From assembly GCA_964390635.1 (NCBI GenBank), contig CAYMIG010000005.1, positions 148,320-212,319 on the forward strand: DNA of 64,000 nucleotides. The letters run 5' to 3'. The translations under genes were made by a program, and so were the position numbers. This document shows, piece by piece, positions 8,737 through 17,562 of this stretch (its first letter is position 1; every line of letters begins with the position of its first letter). The notes below the pieces were generated by a model. The model was not told where the DNA came from. It did no database searches and saw nothing but the letters and a program-made list of their open reading frames with translations. The stretch is from an uncultured Vampirovibrionales bacterium (GTDB lineage Bacteria > Cyanobacteriota > Vampirovibrionia > Vampirovibrionales > Vampirovibrionaceae).

Positions 8737-9951
8737 CTAGGCCTGGAACTGCCGGAAGCTGGTGCCCAGGCGGGAAGAGCTGCGCAGGGCTTGCATGGTC
8801 AGCTGCGGGTTATAGCTGGAGAGATCGGCGGCGCGTTTGGCGGCCTGCTCTTTTTCAAAGGTGGACTTGTTCCAGAAGGCGTTGAACCACACCGGGAACC
8901 AGCCGATGGCGCCGATGACGATGGCAAATCCCAGCACGGCCACCGGCAGCAGGCGGCTCTTGCCGTAGCGGGAGACCACTTCGCGGAACTCGCCTTGCAG
9001 TTTTTCGGCGGCCTGGATGATGGCCTTGTCGCCGGTGGCTTTGGCGGCTTCCAGGCTTTGCTTGTGGATGGCCTCGCCGGCGTTGATATGGCCAATCAGG
9101 CGCTCGGAGAGCTCTTTCACCGTGTCGGCCTGGTGGTTTTGGTGGGCTTTCAGCAACTGGGGCACCAGTTCCTTAATTTGGGCAATCTCTTTCTGGATGG
9201 CTTCCTCGGCGGGGGTGCTGCCGGCGCGATCCCGCAGGGTTTTCACCGCGTTCAGCAGGCCCTTGCCGTTGCCTTCCCGCAGCAATTGCTGCACGGCATC
9301 GGCGTTGTCCAGGGCGTAATTTTTCATGCCGGAGAAGGTGTGCACGGCGTTCTTTTGCAGATCCACCAACTCGATGCCGGCCACCCGCTGCATCACCTTG
9401 TTCATCACCCGCAGCAGGGGCTTGAGCATGAACAGGAAGATGGTAATGGCGGTCATATCCCGGCGCAGCACGTCGCCCACTTCGCGGAAGTCGTTGCCGT
9501 TTTTCTTGCCGCGCTCATAGGCCCGGAACAGGCGGGGACCCACGGTAAACGGGTACAGCAGCAGGATCATGGCCCCGATGGGCGGCTCGGACACCAGAAA
9601 CTTCAGCTTGCCCAGGGCCACTTCCGGGAACTCGTGGTAATCGAAGGTGGCCAGCATCTTGGCAAAGCCGCCCACGTTTTTCACCACGGTGGCCATCAGC
9701 TTGTCCACGGCGCTGCCGTTGGCGTGGCCTTCCACAAACTTTTTCACCGAGGCATCGATTTTATCCGGGGCGTTAAACAGCTTGTCGGCCAGCTCGGCAA
9801 AGAACCGGGTGGCGGAGCTCGTCTGCACGGTGGCCTGGCTGGCCACGGCGGCGGTCTGGGTGCTGGCGCTGCCAAAGTGCACGGCGCCGGCCAGGGGGGC
9901 GGTTTTGGGCAGCGGGGCGGTGTGCCCGGCAAAATTCACGGAGCGCATCAT
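8737..9951 (-). CDS. hypothetical membrane protein, paralog family member A
   Basis: 404 aa; hydrophobic segments (IGAMILLLYPFTVGPRLFRAY; MTAITIFLFMLKPLL) and C-terminal TM (LLPVAVLGFAIVIGAIGWFPVWFNAFW); ends …SFRQFQA; 4-nt overlap with upstream gene. Confidence 0.6.
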   Translation of the reverse strand: MMRSVNFAGHTAPLPKTAPLAGAVHFGSASTQTAAVASQATVQTSSATRFFAELADKLFNAPDKIDASVKKFVEGHANGSAVDKLMATVVKNVGGFAKMLATFDYHEFPEVALGKLKFLVSEPPIGAMILLLYPFTVGPRLFRAYERGKKNGNDFREVGDVLRRDMTAITIFLFMLKPLLRVMNKVMQRVAGIELVDLQKNAVHTFSGMKNYALDNADAVQQLLREGNGKGLLNAVKTLRDRAGSTPAEEAIQKEIAQIKELVPQLLKAHQNHQADTVKELSERLIGHINAGEAIHKQSLEAAKATGDKAIIQAAEKLQGEFREVVSRYGKSRLLPVAVLGFAIVIGAIGWFPVWFNAFWNKSTFEKEQAAKRAADLSSYNPQLTMQALRSSSRLGTSFRQFQA

Positions 9952-11327
9952 GCCTGGCCTCCTTTCCGGGCGCCATAGCCCTGGAAGGTCTGGAAACTCT
10001 GCGGACGCAACAACGGCGCCTGCGTCAAGGGCAAAGCGCCGTAGCTGGAAGCGGATTGTGGCGGTTGTTGCTGGTGTCCGGCGGCGGTGCCAGCGCCATG
10101 GGCGGTGTTCGGGGCGGAGCCGGTATCTTTCAGCAGGCGGGTGGCATTGTAGGAATCGTGGTTTTGGGCCCAGAACGCCAGCTTGATGAGGTAGGCGCCG
10201 GCCAGCGCGGTGGTGCCCACGGCGATGAGGAACTTCTTGGCCGCGATCTTCTTGAACACGCCTTCGGCCACCTCGGCCAGCTTTTGGCCCACGCCACGCT
10301 CGGCCCAGACGGACTCGGCCAGGTCGCTCCAGCGTCGGATGTTCTTGAGCACGTGGCCAATGGGCTCGTGGGCGGCCTTGGAGGCATCGTCAAAGGCCAC
10401 GTGGATGTAGCCGGAGCGGTGCAAGGGGCGTTCCACGGCTTCGGTAAAACCGTTGCGGGCGTATTCGTAAGGCTTGAGTCGGTAATTCCGGTTGAAGCCG
10501 GTCAGCACTTCCTCGAACTGCTCGGCCAGCTGGCCCAGCAGCTTGTTCTTTTCCCGTCCGCTGGCGGTGTTGAATGTGGCATCCACGTAGCGGGCCGCCC
10601 AGTCGTCGATGTACTGGCGGTAGTTCTGCACGGCGTCGGTGCGCAGGTGCTCCGGCAGCATGTGCTTGGCATAGTCGGGATCCTGGAACATGCTGGCAAT
10701 GTATTTTTGCACGGCTTCCTGGTACTTGTTGGCGCCGATTTCGCCCACTTCCTGGCCCAACCCGGACTGGTTCAGGTGGGCCTGGAAACCGTGGGTCATT
10801 TCCTTCAGGTTGTGGTAGCCCAGCTCGGTGGCGGACTTGCCGAACATGCGGCGGGACACCGCGAAGATGATGGCCGGGATGGTCAGTACCCCGGGGCCGG
10901 TGGCAAACTCCCGCTTGGTCTCTTCGTTGAAGTTGACCCAGTTCAGGCCGCGGATGTTCTTGTGCAGCCAGATTCTGGCCTGATCCTTGAAGGGCAGGTT
11001 TTGCACCTCTTTATCGCCTGCGGTTTCGTACTTGATGCGACCGGTGGTCAGGGAGGTGCCCACCCGGGGCAGCCACATGGCGATGGCGTCCTGGGCCAGG
11101 AAGGCCCACACAAACACTTCGGTAATCTTTTGGAAGGTGGGAATGAGCTTTTCGGTGGCGCTTTGCAGGGCCTGGTTGCCGGCCCGCATGGCCACGTTGC
11201 CCAGGCCGCCGGAAAACCGGGGCGCCTGCGGATGCACCGGGAGGCTGGCGGCCACCGGGATACGGGGGGCGGCGCCTGCAAACTGGCGGGGGCGATGTGA
11301 CGCTGTTACATCCACTTGCGGAATCAT
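9948..11327 (-). CDS. hypothetical membrane protein, paralog family member B
   Basis: 459 aa; hydrophobic segments (VFVWAFLAQDAIAMWLP; GVLTIPAIIFAVSRRMFGK) and C-terminal TM (FLIAVGTTALAGAYLIKLAFWAQN); tail …LLRPQSFQTFQGYGARKGGQA. Confidence 0.6.
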   Translation of the reverse strand: MIPQVDVTASHRPRQFAGAAPRIPVAASLPVHPQAPRFSGGLGNVAMRAGNQALQSATEKLIPTFQKITEVFVWAFLAQDAIAMWLPRVGTSLTTGRIKYETAGDKEVQNLPFKDQARIWLHKNIRGLNWVNFNEETKREFATGPGVLTIPAIIFAVSRRMFGKSATELGYHNLKEMTHGFQAHLNQSGLGQEVGEIGANKYQEAVQKYIASMFQDPDYAKHMLPEHLRTDAVQNYRQYIDDWAARYVDATFNTASGREKNKLLGQLAEQFEEVLTGFNRNYRLKPYEYARNGFTEAVERPLHRSGYIHVAFDDASKAAHEPIGHVLKNIRRWSDLAESVWAERGVGQKLAEVAEGVFKKIAAKKFLIAVGTTALAGAYLIKLAFWAQNHDSYNATRLLKDTGSAPNTAHGAGTAAGHQQQPPQSASSYGALPLTQAPLLRPQSFQTFQGYGARKGGQA

Positions 11328-11678
11328 TCGGGTCTCAGTCTACTTTCGTCCGTCGGGCGTGAACCATTCGCTAGTTGGGGCTTTTCTATTAAAGCCGTGC
11401 ACTATAAAAGAACATCAACCGGTTCTGGTGCTAGCTTGTGAACAATTATTAAGGCCGGATTTGGGGCCCGCTCCCCAGGCGGGTTTGGGTCGCATGGGGC
11501 CAGGCAATGCCGCGTTCTGTTAGGTCGTTCGACACGGAAAAAATCGCTATATTATAGAAGCCAAATGGGTGGGCCCCGGCTTGTAAAGAATTCTCAATAA
11601 AATGACACCGGTTTTTTTGGAGGGGTTTAATTACTATGGATAGCTTCTCTTTATAGAGTAGGTTGGCTTTTTTCCTTT

Positions 11679-13112
11679 ATGCAACCCACGTTCCTCCCTC
11701 TACAGCAGCCTGTAATATCGCGCCGCGTGCAATTTGGCGGGCCTCTTGAAGCGCTCTCCAACGTCATTGGCGTGATTGACAGCAATCGCATCATTGAGTT
11801 GACCTCGACCGACATCATCGGCATGTGTTTCCCGAGGACGGCGATTGAGGCCAAAAAGCGCGGCCCGGATGCCGCCCGCGAAACCGCCATCCGCGAACTG
11901 AGCGGCCTGGTGGGCAACATGTTCCTGGTGGGCTGGTTCAGCAAGCTTTTCCTGAAGATGCTGGGCAACCGGGTGAACCGCTACAACCCGCATGGCATCC
12001 CCGCGTCGGCCTGGATGAACATCGAGAACATGCAGGCCTTTGGCAAGATTTACGAAGCCATCCTGCGCGATCCGGGAACCAAAAACGCCCAGCAGGCCCG
12101 GGCTAAATTCGTGCGCGCGGTGCTCTCAGGCCTGGAGTCCGCCGACAAGCACCTGGGCGCCAACGCCCTGCTGGATGCGGCCAAGGTGCTGGATGGCGAG
12201 GTGCGCGACAAGTACCTGCAAGAGATCCAGAAAAATGCCGCCGAGGGCCGCTTGCCCAAAGAAGTGCTGGAACGGCTGGCCGGCTTCTTCGATCTGCGGG
12301 ATTCCCGGGCCGCCGCCGATGTGGCGGGCACCGTCAACTTTAACCAGAAAGCCCGCGAGCTGGTTGCCGCCGCCGAAAAACACCACCAGCGCCAGGGGCT
12401 GGCCGGGGCCTTCGATGCGGCCCAGGCATTCGTCAAGACCCGCCTGCGCCTCAGCCTGGACGAGCTGCGCAGCGCTGAGGACGAATTTGCCCGGCTGGTG
12501 GATCGCGAGGCCCTGGGCGGCTACCTCAGCAAAGAAGTCAACCTGGTGCACAACGGCGAGGTGCTGACTGGCGGCAAGAGCCGCGATGCCATTCTGCGGC
12601 AGCTCAAGCACTTCCTGGAGCAGTACGTGGATCGTGCCGCCGAAGGCGCCGCCGGCAAGGGCTGGCAGGATGCGGTGCTCGAAAAACTGCTGGGCCAAAG
12701 CAAAAATACCGGCTTCCTGGCCCGGTTTGTCCCGCAAATTGACGACGGCCTGATGCAGGCTGCCCGCAAGTCCAAGTGGGCCTACACCTGGGTGCCGGTG
12801 CTGATGGCCATTTGCAGCTCCATTTCGGTGGCCTTCTACAACAACTGGCTGACCCGCAAGAAGATGGGCGGCAAGAACATTTCTCCCTACGAACTGGGCC
12901 TGGCCCAGAAGATGGGCAAGGCGGATGCCCTGATGGGTTCCCAGTCCGCCGTTCCAGCTGGCAAGCCGCAGGCCCAGACGGTGCCGGGCGTCTTTGTGAT
13001 GCCCACGGCGACCAATCCCGCTGCCCACGGCACGGGCCTGCGCCGTCCGCAGGGCGCGTTTGCCCAGTTCCAGAACGGACGTACCATGCATGCCGGAGGG
13101 CCTACCGCATGA
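11679..13112 (+). CDS. hypothetical membrane protein, paralog family member C
   Basis: 477 aa; LVGNMFLVGWFSKLFLKMLGNR mid segment, C-terminal TM (WAYTWVPVLMAICSSISVAFYNNWLTRKK), tail …LRRPQGAFAQFQNG…; start codon context weak, true start may lie downstream. Confidence 0.55.
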   Translation: MQPTFLPLQQPVISRRVQFGGPLEALSNVIGVIDSNRIIELTSTDIIGMCFPRTAIEAKKRGPDAARETAIRELSGLVGNMFLVGWFSKLFLKMLGNRVNRYNPHGIPASAWMNIENMQAFGKIYEAILRDPGTKNAQQARAKFVRAVLSGLESADKHLGANALLDAAKVLDGEVRDKYLQEIQKNAAEGRLPKEVLERLAGFFDLRDSRAAADVAGTVNFNQKARELVAAAEKHHQRQGLAGAFDAAQAFVKTRLRLSLDELRSAEDEFARLVDREALGGYLSKEVNLVHNGEVLTGGKSRDAILRQLKHFLEQYVDRAAEGAAGKGWQDAVLEKLLGQSKNTGFLARFVPQIDDGLMQAARKSKWAYTWVPVLMAICSSISVAFYNNWLTRKKMGGKNISPYELGLAQKMGKADALMGSQSAVPAGKPQAQTVPGVFVMPTATNPAAHGTGLRRPQGAFAQFQNGRTMHAGGPTA

Positions 13113-13906
13113 TGCCCAGCCTGTCCCATTCGCCATTCCAGCCCACCGCCCGTTTGGCGGCCCGTCCCGTGGCCCCCAAGTTTGGCGGCGCGGCCAGCAT
13201 GGCCTTCGATATGGTCGGCAAGGCCGCTTCCGAGATGGCCGGCAAAGCCGGGGCCGAAGCCCTGGGCAAAGCCAGCATGGCCAACTTCAAGGTGAGCGGC
13301 CTGATGCGTTTCCTGGACTTCCAGGAGCTGGCCTCGGCCACCATCAACCAGATCAAGGTCATCTACGGCTTGTGCATCATGTCCCGCATCCTGGCGGCCT
13401 CCACCCGCAGTAAAAACGAGGTGCGCGAGGTGGCCACCCGCGATTCCATGGGCTTCACCTTCTGGTTCTTCGCCACCCCGATGATCCAGCGCCTGTTCCT
13501 GCGCTTCTTGTCGCCCAAAGACCTGCGGCCCGGTCTTATTGTGGAAAAGGCCAAGCCGGCGGCCACCGGCGGCGGCTTGATGAACACGCTCAAGCGGCTT
13601 TCCTGGGAAATCAGCCCGCTGGCCCGCTGGGAGATTCCCAGCGCCCACCAGGTGAAGGATCGCATGGCCCACGCCTTGCAGGCGCTGGAAAAACAAGGCA
13701 TCAGCCACAGCGACGAAGCCTTCATCAAGATGGAAAAGCACTTCAAAAACCTCATCAAGTGGCGCAGCCTGGCTACCGGCCTGGGGTGGGCCATCACCAT
13801 CGCCCTGCTCGGCGTGGGCATCAACCTGTACAACATCTACATGACCCGTCGCAACCTGGAGCGCAGCATGAAAACCGGCGCGCCCATGCCCACCGCCGGC
13901 CACTAG
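13109..13906 (+). CDS. hypothetical membrane protein, paralog family member D (short)
   Basis: 265 aa from ATG overlapping stop of C (ATGA); FTFWFFATPMIQRLFLRFLSPK mid segment and C-terminal TM (LATGLGWAITIALLGVGINLYNIYMTRRN) resembling C. Confidence 0.55.
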   Translation: MMPSLSHSPFQPTARLAARPVAPKFGGAASMAFDMVGKAASEMAGKAGAEALGKASMANFKVSGLMRFLDFQELASATINQIKVIYGLCIMSRILAASTRSKNEVREVATRDSMGFTFWFFATPMIQRLFLRFLSPKDLRPGLIVEKAKPAATGGGLMNTLKRLSWEISPLARWEIPSAHQVKDRMAHALQALEKQGISHSDEAFIKMEKHFKNLIKWRSLATGLGWAITIALLGVGINLYNIYMTRRNLERSMKTGAPMPTAGH

Positions 13907-13932
13907 CCCGCCAGCATGGCCTGCCCAGGGGG

Positions 13933-14877
13933 TTAACCGCCCGTACTGGACTTGGAGCCGCCCTTTTCCGCCAGCTTTTTCTGTCGGCGTCCGGAAAAAA
14001 ACAGCTCGCTCAGCCGCTTGCCGAAGTGGGGCTTTTGCAATATCTCCCCTTCCGTGGTGACCTGGTAGAGGCGGGCCAGCGTTTTGCGCAGTTCCTCGGC
14101 ATTGGGCACTTTTTCCAGCTTGCCGTCCTCCACCATCGAAATGCTGCCGGTTTCCTCGGAAATCACAATGCAGCGGCTGTCGGAAATCTCGGTCAGGCCG
14201 ATGGCCGCCCGGTGACGGGTGCCGTACTGCCAGCTTAGCTTGGGATCCTCGGTCAAGGGTAGCAGCACGCCGGCGGCCACAATGCGGTTTTCCGGGCTGA
14301 TGACCACCGCCCCGTCGTGCAGGGGGGTGTTGGGGTGGAAGATGGTCAGCAGCAGCTCTGTGCTGAGCTTGGCATCCAGGGCGGTGCCCACCTCCAGGTA
14401 GTCGCCCCCGTGGGTGGAGACCGTCTCCAGCACGATGAGCGCCCCGCGCTTTTGCTTGCTCAAAAAGTGCACCGCCTCCCCGATCTCATGAATCAGGTAC
14501 TCGGCCTTCTGCTCTTCGGAGCCCGCTGCCAGGGTGCCCAGGCCAAACAGCTCGCCCTGCCCCAGAAACAGCAGCATGCGCCGCAGCTCCGGCTGGAAAA
14601 TGACGATAAGCCCGATAAACAGGATCTGGATACTGGCCGCGAACACATCCTTCAGCATGGGCAGCTGGAACACCGAGGCCAGCGCCCACAGGCCCACAAA
14701 CATCAGCAGCATCACAAACAGCCCCTTGAGCAGCTGTTCGGCGTGGCTTTTGCGAATAAAGCGCACGTAGACGAAGTAGATGATGAACGTCAAAATGGCA
14801 ATCTGCACCGTCACCTTCAGCAAGGCAATCAGGTGCTCGTTTTGCAGCCATTCTTCCATGTTCCAGCCGGTCGGCAT
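13933..14877 (-). CDS. cdaA: diadenylate cyclase CdaA (c-di-AMP synthase), membrane-anchored
   Basis: 314 aa; 3 N-terminal TM helices, DAC domain motifs (…HDGAVVI…, …TRHRAAIGLTE…). Confidence 0.8.
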   Translation of the reverse strand: MPTGWNMEEWLQNEHLIALLKVTVQIAILTFIIYFVYVRFIRKSHAEQLLKGLFVMLLMFVGLWALASVFQLPMLKDVFAASIQILFIGLIVIFQPELRRMLLFLGQGELFGLGTLAAGSEEQKAEYLIHEIGEAVHFLSKQKRGALIVLETVSTHGGDYLEVGTALDAKLSTELLLTIFHPNTPLHDGAVVISPENRIVAAGVLLPLTEDPKLSWQYGTRHRAAIGLTEISDSRCIVISEETGSISMVEDGKLEKVPNAEELRKTLARLYQVTTEGEILQKPHFGKRLSELFFSGRRQKKLAEKGGSKSSTGG

Positions 14878-15095
14878 GGTCTTGATGCTACTCCCGTCTC
14901 AATCAGCCTGTTTCGGGGCTTGCCGGATCGCGCCGTCCTCGGACCTCACAACCCAGCCGAACACACCCGCAAGCGGGATCCTTATTATATTCTAACCCAC
15001 ATGCCGCCGGTCGGCCATCGGCAAACGGGCCGATTTTTCGGGATTGGCGGCGGGGCACCCTGGCCAGATCCAGCCAGAAGCCCCGGGTTTTGCGG

Positions 15096-16490
15096 TTAAG
15101 ACATGGGCAGCATGGCGGCTTCGTTTTGCCGGCGCAGGTGGGCGGGAATCAAATCCTGCTGGATGACCGTTTCATAGGTTTCCCGTTGCACCAGCACATG
15201 GCTTTGCCCGTTTTCCACCAGCACCACGGCGGGCCGGGGGAAGCGGTTGTAGTTGGAAGCCATGGTGTAGTTGTAGGCGCCGGTGCCGTAAACCACCATC
15301 ACGTCCCCGGTTTCCACCTGGGGCACCGGCAGCGAGGGAATCAGCCAGTCGCCCGACTCGCAGTACTTGCCTACCACGGTGACGGTTTCCGCCGCCGGCT
15401 GGTTCAGCTTGTTGGCGATTTCCGCGGTGTAGGCGGCCTGGTACAGGGCCGGGCGGATGTTATCGCCCATGCCCCCATCCACCGCCACGTACTTGCGCAC
15501 GCCCGGAATCTCCTTCAGGCTGCCCACCGTGTACAGGGTCAGCCCGGCGGTGGCCACCATGCTGCGGCCCGGCTCCATCAGCAGGCGGGGCAGGGGATAA
15601 TCCAGTTTTTTGGCGTAGGCCACCAGCTTGGCGGTAATGCGACGGACGGCATCCGGCACGGCGGGGGGATCGTCCTGGCCGGTATACATCACGCCCAGCC
15701 CGCCGCCCAGATCCATGTCGTCCAGCACCAGCCCGTCGTATTGCTCCCGGATGTTGTAGTAGATGTTCATCATGATTTCCACCAGGTCTTCGTAGGGCTT
15801 CACCTCGAAGATCTGGGAGCCGATGTGCGAGTGCAGCCCGCGCAGGCGGATGGATTCCTGGTAGGGGCCGGTAATCAGGTCGATGGCCCGGGACAACTGG
15901 CTCAGATCGAAGCCGAACTTGCTGTCGGACTGGCCGGTCTTGATGTAGTCGTGGGTGTGGCACTCAATGCCCGGGGTAATGCGCAGCAGCACGTCAATCT
16001 GCTTGCCGTGGGCGCTGCCTACTTCGTGAATCAGTTCCAGGTCGCGGAAGTTGTCCGCCGAAATGCGGCCCACGCCCGCGCTGACGGCCAGTTCCACCTC
16101 TTGCGGCGACTTGTTGTTGCCGTTAAAAAGCACCCGCTCCATGGGGAAACCGGCCTGCAGGGCGGTATAAATCTCCCCGCCGGAGACCACGTCCAGGCCC
16201 ATGCCTTCCTGCTCCATCAGCTTCACCAGGCCCATGCTCATGTTGGCCTTGCAAGCATACAGCGGCAGGCTATCGGCGGGGTACTCGGCCCGCAGGGCTT
16301 CCCGGTAGGCCCGGGCGGCGGCGCGCAGGGTGGCTTCATCCAGCACGTAGAGCGGGGTGCCATGGGTGCGGGCCAGTTCCACCAGGTTGACGCCGCCCAC
16401 GGTGGGCTGGTTATCGGCGTCTACGGCATAGCTGATCGGTTTCAAAGCGGTGTTGGGCGCGTTCAGATCGGTTGACGACATCGGACTCAT
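15096..16490 (-). CDS. lysA: diaminopimelate decarboxylase
   Basis: 464 aa; PLP-dependent fold III decarboxylase motifs (YACKAN, GGGLG, EPGR, CESGD). Confidence 0.9.
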   Translation of the reverse strand: MSPMSSTDLNAPNTALKPISYAVDADNQPTVGGVNLVELARTHGTPLYVLDEATLRAAARAYREALRAEYPADSLPLYACKANMSMGLVKLMEQEGMGLDVVSGGEIYTALQAGFPMERVLFNGNNKSPQEVELAVSAGVGRISADNFRDLELIHEVGSAHGKQIDVLLRITPGIECHTHDYIKTGQSDSKFGFDLSQLSRAIDLITGPYQESIRLRGLHSHIGSQIFEVKPYEDLVEIMMNIYYNIREQYDGLVLDDMDLGGGLGVMYTGQDDPPAVPDAVRRITAKLVAYAKKLDYPLPRLLMEPGRSMVATAGLTLYTVGSLKEIPGVRKYVAVDGGMGDNIRPALYQAAYTAEIANKLNQPAAETVTVVGKYCESGDWLIPSLPVPQVETGDVMVVYGTGAYNYTMASNYNRFPRPAVVLVENGQSHVLVQRETYETVIQQDLIPAHLRRQNEAAMLPMS

Positions 16491-16610
16491 TCCTTGCTTT
16501 CAGGGATTGGCCTTATTATGCGCAAGATGCCCGGCGTTGTAAAATGCGGGCCGGGCTTCCCTAACAGCTGCTTAACACTCGGGTGTGGGGCAAGGGCGGC
16601 GTGGGACGTC

Positions 16611-17480
16611 CTAAACCGGCTCCAGGGAGGCCGGGGCGTCCAGGTGGGTGCCTACCCAGGCCACCACCTCCCGGGCAATGTCCTGGTTGCCCGCCTCAAA
16701 CAGCACGTCGTGGTAATAGTCGGGATAGTCATGGCACACCTTGGGGGTGCTTTCCGGGATGCGCTTGAAGCCCTGGCGCATGGCCTCCGGGCAGCACACC
16801 ACGTCCATGCCCGGAATGACCATCAGGGTGGGGATGCGCAACTGGGCGGTGGCCTTGAGGGCCTGACCGGTCAGGGTGCGCACATCCAGCAGAAAGCCGG
16901 CGGCCAGCACCAGCGGGTCGTTTTGGTATTGCGGATCTTGCAGGATGGCTTCGTTGCGGGTCACTGCGTCAATGCCGTAGGGCAGGGTGGTTTCAAAGTG
17001 GCGGCCCTTCAGGGCACAGCCCACCACGTTTTTCAGCAGGTAGTTCAGTGAAAAGCTTTTGGGATGCGCCTTGTAGGCCGGGGCTAGCAGCACCAGGCGC
17101 TTGAAGCGTTCCGGGTGCCGGGCCGCCATCAGGGTGGACAGCACCCCGCCCAGGCTGATGCCCACCAGGGTGAGGTCGCTGTGTCCGGCGGGGCGGATGA
17201 CGTTCTGGTAAAAGGCTTCCAGGTCGGCATGAATGGGATGGAAGTGGGGCATGGGCTTGGAAACCGGGTTCAGCCCGAAGCTGCGCAGATCGGCGCCGTA
17301 AATGGTGTCGAAGTCGGGCAGCATGGCCTCCAGAAACTCGATGGCCCCCTTTACCGAGCCGCCCAGCCCCGGCACAAACCATACCGCCCGTCCGGTGGGC
17401 TCGCCGCCCCCGGTCTTGACGAACTGCCCGTAGCGCAGGGGGCTGCCGTCCCCGCCGCGGTATTCCTTTACCGTAAACAT
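16611..17480 (-). CDS. alpha/beta-fold hydrolase
   Basis: 289 aa; GxSxG nucleophile elbow (GISLGG), HGxxG-like N-terminal region. Confidence 0.75.
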   Translation of the reverse strand: MFTVKEYRGGDGSPLRYGQFVKTGGGEPTGRAVWFVPGLGGSVKGAIEFLEAMLPDFDTIYGADLRSFGLNPVSKPMPHFHPIHADLEAFYQNVIRPAGHSDLTLVGISLGGVLSTLMAARHPERFKRLVLLAPAYKAHPKSFSLNYLLKNVVGCALKGRHFETTLPYGIDAVTRNEAILQDPQYQNDPLVLAAGFLLDVRTLTGQALKATAQLRIPTLMVIPGMDVVCCPEAMRQGFKRIPESTPKVCHDYPDYYHDVLFEAGNQDIAREVVAWVGTHLDAPASLEPV

Positions 17481-17562
17481 GCCATCAATGCGTCCTTTTC
17501 GCAGCTGCCTTTCTTATCATAGGCACATGCCGGGGCATGCCGCAAGGCCGGCCCGGACACTT

